Below, piece after piece: positions 6,704-15,014 of a stretch of 43,651 nucleotides of DNA (position 1 is its first letter; every line of letters starts with the position of its first letter). Made by a program: the position numbers and the translations under genes. This stretch comes from an uncultured Dehalococcoidales bacterium (GTDB taxonomy: Bacteria > Chloroflexota > Dehalococcoidia > GIF9 > AB-539-J10). Location of the stretch: contig CAZWDC010000019.1 of NCBI GenBank assembly GCA_964633085.1, positions 1 through 43,651 of the forward strand. The letters are read 5' to 3'. The notes under the pieces are model-generated. The model was not told the origin of the DNA, did no database searches, and saw only the letters and a program-made list of their open reading frames with translations.

Positions 6704-8209
6704 TTAAATGTTCCCCTCGGAAACTGGGAGAATAGAAAGGAAAAGAGCCGCGGGCATGATTAAGACATTTCCCCTCTCAGCTATTTCATCTCGGCTCAGT
6801 ATAATATAATCCTTAATGACAGGAATTTTCTTGACGTCTCTTTCGCTCACGCGCATCTGATATTTTACCTCTATTCCTTGGTACTGCCGATCCAGCCTCA
6901 TCACAGCATCAAGCTCCTTCGTCCTGTCGTAATATGTCCAGAGAAAAGTATTTCCCTTTTTAAGATAGGGTTTTTCTTTGTGAGTCAGGAGGTGAGACAT
7001 CACTATCCCTTCCACCAAGCTACTTTGAATCTCTTCGTTCTCTAAGGCTTCAGCGATGACATCCCATACCTCTTTGCCCATTAGATAGCTGCTCATCGAG
7101 TGGCGGACGAAGGGGTCAATGAAATAGATTTTCTTTTCCCCTTTAGATTTGATGTCCTTTGTGTTAAAGTCGTACGCATAGTGTATGGAAAGTATGAAGG
7201 AGTCCTCCATAAATTCCAGGTAGTCTATGGTGGCAACGTGGGTTCGTTCTATTTCTCCAGCGAGTTTGGAGAAACTATATCGCGTTCCGTATTTTTCCAC
7301 GATAGCTTTCAGGATATCCCGGGCGAGGGCCTCCTGTTTTTGAACTTTGGAGAGATCACCCAGAATGCTCCTCATAAAGACCTCAGCGAGTGACGAGTCA
7401 ATGTTCTCTCTGCCTGATTTATGACGATTTCTGAGGTAGTTATTGATGACCAAAGGTAACCCACCGGTAATAAGGTAAATCCTGAAGAGATACTGCAATT
7501 CACTGTGATAGGGCATGATTTCAAAGGCTTTCTTCCTCACTTCTTCGAGACCTAAATCAAGATCCAGCATTGTATTAAGAAGAACATCCCTAAGCCAAGA
7601 AAGTTTGTTCCGGAATTCCGGGGAAGGAGAGAAATCGCTGATAGAGCGGGCGGTCTGTAGGACAAATTCCCGGAAAGTTAAGGGCTTAAAGAAATACTCG
7701 TTGCCTTCAAGTCCTCTTCCCGGCAAAAGTTCCCCCTCCTTCTTGAGCCTAACAGCGCTTGAGCCCGTAGCTACGACAATAGCCTTCCGTGTAACCCCTT
7801 GATCTGCCAGATATTTAAGCTCAAGATTCCAGTCTTTGAGAAAAGTAATTTCGTCAAGGAAGATGTAGACTTCCTCTGCATCTACTGTCCTATTGAGAAA
7901 GAAATCTATGACATTGCGAAGTTCTCTCCTTGAAGTAAAAAAGTCAAGGGAGAGGTAAAGGATATGCTCAGATGTAACTCCTTTACTCAGGATGAGCTTC
8001 CTTACTGTATCCTTAAGATAGGTTGTCTTTCCAACCTGACGGCATCCCCGAAGGATATAGATGTTTCCTTTCTTGAACTCAAGAGCCTTCCTTTGGAAAA
8101 AGATTGGCTCCACTCCTTTAAAAAGGCGGGCAAAGATCCCGTCATAGTCAGCCAACACCGGTCTACGAACCCACCAAGGGTTCTGCTCCATTATTTCGGA
8201 TATCTTCAT
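6704..8209 (-). CDS. AAA+ ATPase with C-terminal DUF4143-like (PD-(D/E)xK-like) domain
   Basis: 501 aa. Walker A is GCRQVGKTT and Walker B is VYIFLDEITF. The C-terminal ELDAVMRL...GIEVKY resembles a D...ExK nuclease-fold motif. Sampled lines give a lower G+C (about 38-42%) than the flanks. Confidence 0.75.
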   Translation of the reverse strand: MKISEIMEQNPWWVRRPVLADYDGIFARLFKGVEPIFFQRKALEFKKGNIYILRGCRQVGKTTYLKDTVRKLILSKGVTSEHILYLSLDFFTSRRELRNVIDFFLNRTVDAEEVYIFLDEITFLKDWNLELKYLADQGVTRKAIVVATGSSAVRLKKEGELLPGRGLEGNEYFFKPLTFREFVLQTARSISDFSPSPEFRNKLSWLRDVLLNTMLDLDLGLEEVRKKAFEIMPYHSELQYLFRIYLITGGLPLVINNYLRNRHKSGRENIDSSLAEVFMRSILGDLSKVQKQEALARDILKAIVEKYGTRYSFSKLAGEIERTHVATIDYLEFMEDSFILSIHYAYDFNTKDIKSKGEKKIYFIDPFVRHSMSSYLMGKEVWDVIAEALENEEIQSSLVEGIVMSHLLTHKEKPYLKKGNTFLWTYYDRTKELDAVMRLDRQYQGIEVKYQMRVSERDVKKIPVIKDYIILSRDEIAERGNVLIMPAALFLSILPVSEGNI

Positions 8210-8226
8210 CGCTTTTCTCCATTTTT

Positions 8227-8272
8227 GATATTATGTTATCCAAATTTGCACTTATTTGGATATTATATTATC
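8227..8272. promoter_or_regulatory. Inverted repeat upstream of the DUF4143 ATPase (candidate operator)
   Basis: The arms are gatattatgttatccaaat (8227-8245) and atttggatattatattatc (8254-8272). They match at 16/19 positions, with a perfect 9-bp core TATCCAAAT/ATTTGGATA. The repeat sits 18-63 nt upstream of the start codon at 8209. Confidence 0.4.
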
Positions 8273-8462
8273 GAAATCCGCAAGTCAAGGGCAGCCCACG
8301 TTATGAATCATTGAACCGGCTACCCTGTTATCCGTTATTCCATAGAACACCTATTGAGCCCCTTTCGTGTCTCTTACAATGTCGCGCAACCGAACTTGTC
8401 CTGTAATGTGCAATCAGTGGAGAAGGTGGGTACATACTTGGGATTATCGTGAAATTCCGGTG

Positions 8463-8864
8463 CTAGGTCCCTTTCTTCAGTTTCCGGTGTTCTAAGTAAT
8501 GCTCAATAGCCGATTTAAGCGCCTCCTCAGCCAGAACTGAGCAGTGCATCTTGACAGGCGGCAACCCGTCCAGAGCTTCGGCTACTGCCTTGTTGGAGAT
8601 TTTCAGAGCTTCTTCTATGCTTTTGCCTTTCACCATCTCCGTGACCATGGAGCTGGTGGCGATGGCTGCTCCACAGCCGAAGGTCTTGAACTTAGCGTCA
8701 ACAATGATACCATCCTTGACCTTAATGTAAAGCTCCATAATATCGCCGCACACCGGATTCCCGACCCGCCCCACACCGTCAGGGTTCTCCATCTCCCCGA
8801 CATTACGAGGATTCTTGAAGTGGTCCATCACCTTCTCGCTATATTGTGACCAGACGTCAGTCAT
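8463..8864 (-). CDS. nifU: NifU/IscU-type Fe-S cluster scaffold
   Basis: 133 aa. Motifs GNPVCGD, FKTFGCGAAIA and MHCS supply the three scaffold cysteines. Confidence 0.9.
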   Translation of the reverse strand: MTDVWSQYSEKVMDHFKNPRNVGEMENPDGVGRVGNPVCGDIMELYIKVKDGIIVDAKFKTFGCGAAIATSSMVTEMVKGKSIEEALKISNKAVAEALDGLPPVKMHCSVLAEEALKSAIEHYLEHRKLKKGT

Positions 8865-8869
8865 TTATT

Positions 8870-10042
8870 TCACTCCTGTCTTTGAGTTCTTAAGAGTGGA
8901 GACATGACCCTCAACCTAGCGACAATTCCTGGCAGAACCTCCAGCACTCGCTCTATATCGGCCTCAGCATTTTCTCGTCCCAGCGTAAACCTGAGCGAAC
9001 CATGAGCCTGCTCAGGGGGAACCCCCAGCGCCAGAAGGACATGGGATGGCTCCAGGCTTGCTGAGCTGCAGGCTGAGCCAGTGGAAGCACAGATACCTTC
9101 CAGATCAAGACTTAATAGCATGGACTCCCCTTCCACAAAATCCACACTGATATTGACATTGTTGGGCAGCCTTCTCCTAGGATGACCATTTAGTCGGATA
9201 CGGTCAATCTTCTCCCCGAGACCTTTAATTAGCTTATCCCGAAGATGAGCCAGCCGTTCTGCTTCCTTGCTCACCTCCTTACCGGCAAGCTCCACCGCCT
9301 TGCCTAACCCCACGATAGCCGGAACATTTTCCGTACCAGCGCGGCGACTCTTTTCCTGTTGCCCACCATGCATAAGGGAAACTAACCTAGTGCCCTTTCT
9401 GACATATATCGCCCCCACTCCTTTAGGTCCATAAAATTTGTGCCCTGAAATGGAGAGCAAGTCCACCTTGAGTTCATCCACATTCATTGGAATGTGCCCT
9501 ACTGTCTGCACAGCATCGCTGTGAAAATAGACCCCGGCTTCTCTGGCAATTTCACCTATTTCTTCTACAGGCTCTATCGTGCCCACCTCGTTGTTGGCAT
9601 GCATAACTGAGATGAGGATGGTTTTAGTGGTAATAGCTTTCTTAACATCCTGAGGGTCAACCAAGCCATGCCCGTCTACCGGGAGGTAAGTTATCTTGAA
9701 TCCCCTTTTCTCCAGGAACTTGCACGGCTCCAGCACGGCATGGTGCTCAATGGCGGTCGTGATGATGTGATTTCCCTTACGTTCATTAGCATATGCCACG
9801 CCCTTCAGGGCAAAATTATTCGCCTCGGTTCCTCCGCTGGTAAAAACAATCTCCTCACTCCGGGCGCCTATAAGTTTCGCTACTTTGGCTCTAGCTTCTT
9901 CTACAGCCCCCCTCGCTTCTTGCCCGTAAGAATGGATACTTGAAGGATTGCCAAAGGCCTCAGCAAAAAAAGGCAGCATGGCTTTCACCACCTCTGGATG
10001 AGTTAGTGTGGTAGACGCATGGTCCAGATATATCCTTCTCAT
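8870..10042 (-). CDS. nifS: Cysteine desulfurase (NifS/IscS class)
   Basis: 390 aa. It contains IYLDHASTT, the PLP lysine context SISGHKFYGPKG, and the active-site loop STGSACSS. Confidence 0.9.
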   Translation of the reverse strand: MRRIYLDHASTTLTHPEVVKAMLPFFAEAFGNPSSIHSYGQEARGAVEEARAKVAKLIGARSEEIVFTSGGTEANNFALKGVAYANERKGNHIITTAIEHHAVLEPCKFLEKRGFKITYLPVDGHGLVDPQDVKKAITTKTILISVMHANNEVGTIEPVEEIGEIAREAGVYFHSDAVQTVGHIPMNVDELKVDLLSISGHKFYGPKGVGAIYVRKGTRLVSLMHGGQQEKSRRAGTENVPAIVGLGKAVELAGKEVSKEAERLAHLRDKLIKGLGEKIDRIRLNGHPRRRLPNNVNISVDFVEGESMLLSLDLEGICASTGSACSSASLEPSHVLLALGVPPEQAHGSLRFTLGRENAEADIERVLEVLPGIVARLRVMSPLLRTQRQE

Positions 10043-10191
10043 CTAACCTTCTACTACCCCCAGCCCACTACAAAATTGCCCTGTCTCCACAAATCTAGAC
10101 AGAATTCTAACACTTAGGTATTTACCACTCAAATATCAAACTACACCTCTCTTACAATATAAGAATCCATAGAAGTGCCAGAGGCTTAAAA

Positions 10192-10219
10192 TCTCCCCTC
10201 TTCTTTTAAGAGGGGGAGA
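10192..10219 (-). terminator. Strong GC hairpin, terminator-like on the minus strand
   Basis: tctcccctctt / cttttt loop region / aagagggggaga form 11 bp with one bulge. On the minus strand the hairpin is followed by AUUUUAAG. It lies about 150 nt upstream of the nifS start, so it could be an insulator or an attenuator. Confidence 0.35.
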
Positions 10220-10331
10220 ATCTTCAAACGAGCTTACTTGTCACAGGCCAACCCAATAAGTTGCGCAATTCCCAGCACATTACTTGCAATATGGTAGATT
10301 AATCCCAACAACTTAGATTTAGTGCGGAGAT

Positions 10332-10430
10332 ATGTATAAGAAGAAAAGAATAGCGGCCTTAAAGCATCGGCGGCGGCAAAAGAAGCTCAAGGAAAAGATA
10401 AAAGCCCAGGCTCCGCCAAAGGAGAAATGA
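10332..10430 (+). CDS. Hypothetical 32-aa highly basic peptide, below the ORF-track size cut-off
   Basis: The ATG at 10332 gives MYKKKRIAALKHRRRQKKLKEKIKAQAPPKEK*. Its TGA overlaps the ATG of the downstream NTPase (ATGA at 10427-10430). GGAG precedes the start. There is no homology evidence. Confidence 0.3.
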   Translation: MYKKKRIAALKHRRRQKKLKEKIKAQAPPKEK

Positions 10431-10951
10431 AAAGAGCCCTCCTGTTGACCGGCAAGCCGGGCACAGGCAAAACTGCTCTCATCAAAGAAGCCCTGGCTAG
10501 GACCAAAGTCGAGGCAGGTGGCTTCTACACCGAAGAAATACGCACTGGGGGAATAAGGCAAGGGTTCAAGATTGTTACCCTTGATGGTCAAGAGGCGATA
10601 TTAGCTCATGTCAGCATCTCCAGCCCCTATCAGGTAAGCAAATACAAAGTAGATATCGACGCTTTGGATAGGGTTGGCGTCTCTGCTCTGCGTCAGGCGC
10701 TGAAAGAAAGCGACTTGATAGTTATTGATGAGATTGGCAAGATGGAGCTCCTGTCACCCCGCTTCAAAGAAGCTGCGATGCAAGCCATAAACAGTGGCAG
10801 GAAAGTCTTGGGCACCATAATGCTCAATCCCCATTCCTTTGCCGACCAGGTCAAATGCCATCCTGAAGTCGAAGTCTTCGTGGTAACCAGAGACAACCGC
10901 ACTCAGGTAATGAGGAAAGTCCTCAACTGGCTAATGGAAGAGGTGAACTGA
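10427..10951 (+). CDS. THEP1-family nucleoside-triphosphatase (COG1618)
   Basis: 174 aa. It has a P-loop (LLTGKPGTGKT), GGFYTEEIR...G, and Walker B LIVIDEIGKMEL. Confidence 0.8.
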   Translation: MKRALLLTGKPGTGKTALIKEALARTKVEAGGFYTEEIRTGGIRQGFKIVTLDGQEAILAHVSISSPYQVSKYKVDIDALDRVGVSALRQALKESDLIVIDEIGKMELLSPRFKEAAMQAINSGRKVLGTIMLNPHSFADQVKCHPEVEVFVVTRDNRTQVMRKVLNWLMEEVN

Positions 10952-11072
10952 GCCCCCAATTAGAAAGCAACTGCTATCTTAGATATTATCACTGAGTAGT
11001 TTGTGGTGTCCCTGGAATTCTTAGTATACACATTTAATTGTGTATGATTATGATGACGTTAGCATAAATGCA

Positions 11073-12515
11073 CTATATATAAAACTTGAACTGTGGGAGC
11101 GGGTCTCTGTCCGCGGGGATTTCGCGCATAATATCGCCAACTAGCCTAGCAAACCTTACGGTAATGGGTAGAAGTCCACCTAAGCGAGCGGAGTTCCAGT
11201 TCATTTTTGTTAACATTAATATTTCACGTATCAATGTTTCTCGAGGAGTATCTTGGCCAACATGATCGGAGATAAGAAGTGGAGACGGAACGTGCATGCT
11301 ATGGAATTCGCCAAGATCTGAAATAAAGCCAGTTGTGTAGATATAATCTAACTCACCTACAGAGAATCTTGTACCACGAAGTGGTGGATATTTACTCTGT
11401 GTAATTAGTCTGACTTCACTCTGTGGCTGTAGGGCAAGCAAATCATATCGATTTACATGCTTACGCAATGCTCCTTTGAAACCTTGCCGCTCTGAAGGCC
11501 AATATTGGGAGGTCTTGTGCACCACAACCCGACTTGGCAACTGCTTCATTTCTTGCTTATAACGATCGAGCACTAATTCAATCAATTCATAAGCTTGCTC
11601 ATCATTTAAGTGCGGAGACCGACTCGCTTCTTTTTGAGGATCCCACTCAATGTCATGTCCGCGTAGAATGATCCCTTCGCCATGTTCATCAAATGCCTGA
11701 ACTAGACTAGTCTGCATATGTGAAAAGGTTGAGCCAAGTGGGCGATAAAAACTAATTCCAACGTAACATGTGCCTGGGGATAGTCCAGTAGGCCCCCAAG
11801 GAATACCACCTGCTTTAAAATATAGCCCTGTGAAAAAATTCCATGCGATCTTAGATGGATTATCCTTGTCTTTTCCTTCCATCGTTGGCTGTCTTAATAG
11901 TTGAGTCGGTATATGGTATTTCATAGCAACTGCTTTAAACGCACGACGAAGGTCACGATGTACTTCTCCAAGTCCTTTTTCAAAATAGCGGACTACTTTG
12001 CAGCGACGAAGTAGATCATCTGGCAATCCAACAACAATATAATGAGGAGGCTGGTCACGCTCGGACAATATCTTCAATTTCTGCTCCAGCAACCCTACAG
12101 CAGCTACAAATCTTTCACATGAGGAACGAATCTGAAGGACTTCTTCCATTTCAGACTGTGTTATTTGTTCAACCCAATCATCATCGAATTGTAAACTCGA
12201 AAAGAATCCCCTATCCTTTTGAAACCCGGGGAATTCAGGATGCTTTTCGTCACCTATTACTCCTTTGGCATTGTTTTGAAGCCAAACTCTAGATTTTTCA
12301 ATAGTATCCGCAGTCCCAATTAATCCTACCCTAACATTGTCAGGATGGCGTGCAAACCCGTGTGACCTAGGGCCATATCGGCTGATTCCAGACTTAGGAT
12401 CCACGTGTAATCCATCGTTACCGAAAATCAGAAGTGGCTCGGAGAAATATTCACAATTTATCACGGACTGACTAATCACTTCCCTCTTCCTTTGCGAGTT
12501 CTTCAATATCTTCAA
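11073..12515 (-). CDS. Short prokaryotic Argonaute (MID + PIWI only), predicted catalytically inactive
   Basis: At 480 aa it is too short to hold N/PAZ domains. MID-like pocket residues R190-K194...Q205...K234 (RRAFKAVAMKYHIPTQLL...YFKAGGIPW) have spacing like the Y/H/R-K-Q-K 5-prime-end pocket. PIWI strands read TCYVGISF (S255 where active Agos have the first Asp), VVVHKTS (T335 where RDG Asp is expected) and LPITVRFARLVG (R457 where His/Asp is expected). It overlaps the upstream gene by 44 nt. An alternative GTG at 12479 would give an 8-nt overlap. Confidence 0.85.
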   Translation of the reverse strand: MKILKNSQRKREVISQSVINCEYFSEPLLIFGNDGLHVDPKSGISRYGPRSHGFARHPDNVRVGLIGTADTIEKSRVWLQNNAKGVIGDEKHPEFPGFQKDRGFFSSLQFDDDWVEQITQSEMEEVLQIRSSCERFVAAVGLLEQKLKILSERDQPPHYIVVGLPDDLLRRCKVVRYFEKGLGEVHRDLRRAFKAVAMKYHIPTQLLRQPTMEGKDKDNPSKIAWNFFTGLYFKAGGIPWGPTGLSPGTCYVGISFYRPLGSTFSHMQTSLVQAFDEHGEGIILRGHDIEWDPQKEASRSPHLNDEQAYELIELVLDRYKQEMKQLPSRVVVHKTSQYWPSERQGFKGALRKHVNRYDLLALQPQSEVRLITQSKYPPLRGTRFSVGELDYIYTTGFISDLGEFHSMHVPSPLLISDHVGQDTPRETLIREILMLTKMNWNSARLGGLLPITVRFARLVGDIMREIPADRDPLPQFKFYI

Positions 12516-13791
12516 GACTGAGTTCTTCTTCTAAGTCCTCGTCTATAGCTGATTCTAGTTGTGAGAGTTCACCCCATGAAAAAAGGTCATCTATGTACCG
12601 TACATTCTTGAAAGGCTTGGCATATTCTTCAGGTATTCCAGGCCACGAGACAATACTACTAATTAGTGTTGTTGATATTATTAGTAACTGTTGAGGCCCA
12701 AATGAGAGATTTATACGAGGTCTCCCATCACTCAAATAGTCTCGCCAGAAATTTACCTCAACAAGAAGGTCATAGTTGAATCGATGTGATTTTTGTCTGG
12801 TCACGCGTGGCCCAATTCTACTCGGAGGAGGTGTGGAAAAGCCGTCCACTGTGACTCTAAGCTCTGGTCTTATGCTAAGGCACCATTCACTCGTACCTAT
12901 TTTAATAAACCTTAATGAAACAGCCCGATGATACCAATACCCTCTCGGTTCACCAGTTAGTCGTCTTCGGCGCTGCCAAACTACATTTCGAGTTGATTTT
13001 TTTTGGTTTAACGGGCGATATTGGATAGTTAGTCCTTGATTTGGTTGGGGAGGTTCGAAGTAATACCGATGATGTTCTTTATCTAACATTAAGCCACGAC
13101 GGCCCGTAAGCTTATTCAGTGTTCTATTTAAAAGTTGGACAAACCATCTCATCTTATCAGGATCATCCCACCATTCCTGACATTGAAATTGCTCCGCAGA
13201 TCTTCCAGGAACTAACTCTTCAAAAGGATTACCTGATGCATTCATGTTCTGGAATGCATAAAGCATACCTCCACGAATAATAAAAGGAGTTATTTCGTGG
13301 TTACGCCTTGGCCGGATGAGAGCTTGGACAGCCTTTTCAGCTGTGACATCACAAGGCACACCATAAATATATGGAGGCAATCGCTCCACACAAAGAAGCG
13401 TACTGTAAACGGTATCTTCAACATTTGGAGTAAGCAAGACAAGCTTTTCATCTTTTAACCCAAGGGCCTGCTCAACCCACTTCTCATGGGTTTGTTTCAT
13501 AGCACGAAGCTTTTCGACTGTATACGTCTGCGGCTGAAAGTCAACGAGTTGGTGATGTTGATTGCATAGTAAAATCAGATTATCATACTGATTGCGTTTA
13601 TCTTGAGGCAAAGGATAATTCCCACGTGGGCCATCAAATCTCTCGGCAACGATATGTGCGGCTTCACCTAACACGACTGGTCCATCTGGTGGGCTAGCTC
13701 CGGCGGTAAGAATGCGGCGACAGCCTTCGAATGCACAGCGATTACCTGATTTGGCAAATAATATTTTTTGTTCCTTTAGCGGAATAGCCAT
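12472..13791 (-). CDS. HNH nuclease fused to an APAZ-like domain; effector partner of the short pAgo
   Basis: 439 aa. Residues 15-84 form an HNH/zinc-finger nuclease: C19..C24 (NRCAFEGC), AAH46I, DN71LILLC76NQH79H80. The remaining 330 or so aa have no motif I can name. They occupy exactly the position and size of APAZ (N-L1-L2-like) domains of short-pAgo partner proteins. The C-tail is acidic (DEDLEEELSLEDIEELAKEEGSD). Confidence 0.8.
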   Translation of the reverse strand: MAIPLKEQKILFAKSGNRCAFEGCRRILTAGASPPDGPVVLGEAAHIVAERFDGPRGNYPLPQDKRNQYDNLILLCNQHHQLVDFQPQTYTVEKLRAMKQTHEKWVEQALGLKDEKLVLLTPNVEDTVYSTLLCVERLPPYIYGVPCDVTAEKAVQALIRPRRNHEITPFIIRGGMLYAFQNMNASGNPFEELVPGRSAEQFQCQEWWDDPDKMRWFVQLLNRTLNKLTGRRGLMLDKEHHRYYFEPPQPNQGLTIQYRPLNQKKSTRNVVWQRRRRLTGEPRGYWYHRAVSLRFIKIGTSEWCLSIRPELRVTVDGFSTPPPSRIGPRVTRQKSHRFNYDLLVEVNFWRDYLSDGRPRINLSFGPQQLLIISTTLISSIVSWPGIPEEYAKPFKNVRYIDDLFSWGELSQLESAIDEDLEEELSLEDIEELAKEEGSD

Positions 13792-13799
13792 TTAATATA

Positions 13800-13808
13800 A
13801 TTATAGCA
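13800..13808 (-). promoter_or_regulatory. Extended -10 promoter (TGCTATAAT) of the HNH-APAZ/pAgo operon; near-leaderless
   Basis: The minus strand reads gTGCTATAATtatattaaATG. The -10 hexamer ends 8 nt before the start codon and there is no Shine-Dalgarno. The -35 is weak. Confidence 0.45.
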
Positions 13809-13985
13809 CTATGGATGCACATTCCAGAACAAATGAGTTGGTGTTTCGGAGTAAACTGGCCATTCCGTTTTAGGTTCGGATGGTTGAGTCAGCAAGCTGA
13901 TTGTTGAAGGTGTAAACACAGCGTCGAGTAACAATCAGCCATATTGCTACTTGATATTCTCGCCTGCTTGGAAAGCAGTCGCTAT

Positions 13986-15014
13986 CTACCTCTGCGGCTC
14001 GATGATGACTTTGAGGGAATCCTGAGCTTGGGCGACAAGCTGGAACCCCAGGCCGGTTTCCACCAAGCCCAGCCGATGGGTAATCATCTCCCGCACACGT
14101 ATTTTGCCAGCCTGTATCAGTTCCAAGGCGGCGGCATAATCGGCCGGGCTGCCACCATAGGAACTGGTGAGCGTTATCTCGTTGCGCCAGAACAGGTCGT
14201 TCACCGATATGGGAACGCTGACGCCCGGCTCTGTGGGGGCGAAGAAGAGGACAGTGCCTCCCTGCTCCACCGACTCTAACGCCTGCTTTATGGCTGATAT
14301 TGCGCCAGTGCATATCACGACGAGGTCAGCTAGGCGACCATCGGCTACTTTGCGTAGGTAGGCTGGAGTATATTCGCTGGCATGAATGGCAATATCGGCT
14401 CCAAACTTTCGGGCTGCTTCGAGACGATAGTCAACGACGTCCGTGGCGACAACGCCACTGGCACCTGAAGCTCGAGCCAGTTGTATATGGAGCAGCCCAG
14501 CCACCCCGCAACCCATAACAAACACGGTCTGCCCTGCCTGTAGACGGGCTAGTTTTTGCCCGCGCAGTACACAAGCCAGCGGCTCGACAAAGGTCGCCTC
14601 CTCAAAGGATACTCCGTCAGGTAAGGGGAATATGCCCTGCTCGACATTGATGCGCGGCAACCGCACATATTCAGCAAAACCACCGGGGTCGAAGTTCGTG
14701 CGACGCAGGGTCTCACAGACGGTGTGGTGTCCACTCAGACAATAATGGCAGGTGTTGCAGGGAACATGATGGGCGGCGGCGATTCGGTCACCTACTTTAT
14801 ACTTCTTTACCCCCTTCCCAGCAGCCACAATCACACCAGCAATCTCGTGACCCAAGACTAAAGGGGCTTTGTGCCGGCGATACCACTCCAGCAAATCGGT
14901 GCCACAGATTCCGCTGGCCTCCACCTGTATCAGTACCTCGCCAGGGCCAATCTGCGGCACAGGCATCTCCTCCAGCCGCACATCCCGATTACTGTAATAC
15001 ATAGCTACGCGCAT
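13986..15014 (-). CDS. Zinc-dependent medium-chain alcohol/polyol dehydrogenase
   Basis: It contains GICGTDL, GHEIAG, the structural-zinc Cys cluster CNTCHYCLSGHHTVC, and the Rossmann motif VMGCGVAGL. The ATG at 15014 (MRVAMYY) follows AGGGGA. The track ORF starts at 15035. Sampled lines give a markedly high G+C (about 58-62%). Confidence 0.85.
   Translation of the reverse strand: MRVAMYYSNRDVRLEEMPVPQIGPGEVLIQVEASGICGTDLLEWYRRHKAPLVLGHEIAGVIVAAGKGVKKYKVGDRIAAAHHVPCNTCHYCLSGHHTVCETLRRTNFDPGGFAEYVRLPRINVEQGIFPLPDGVSFEEATFVEPLACVLRGQKLARLQAGQTVFVMGCGVAGLLHIQLARASGASGVVATDVVDYRLEAARKFGADIAIHASEYTPAYLRKVADGRLADLVVICTGAISAIKQALESVEQGGTVLFFAPTEPGVSVPISVNDLFWRNEITLTSSYGGSPADYAAALELIQAGKIRVREMITHRLGLVETGLGFQLVAQAQDSLKVIIEPQR

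Noticed and set aside
11073-12515. The Argonaute might be a slicing-competent long pAgo.
   Set aside because: It is only 480 aa, with no N or PAZ region. The residues at the Asp/Asp/His positions I could align are Ser, Thr and Arg. The partner gene supplies the nuclease instead.
13870-14745. A cluster of long alternative-frame ORFs lies inside the alcohol dehydrogenase gene: 13870..14313, 13944..14279, 14167..14361, 14300..14518, 14443..14745 and 14549..14734.
   Set aside because: This is a typical by-product of high-G+C coding DNA with few stop codons. The translations are Arg/Pro/Gly-rich nonsense, and the ADH frame has full family motifs.
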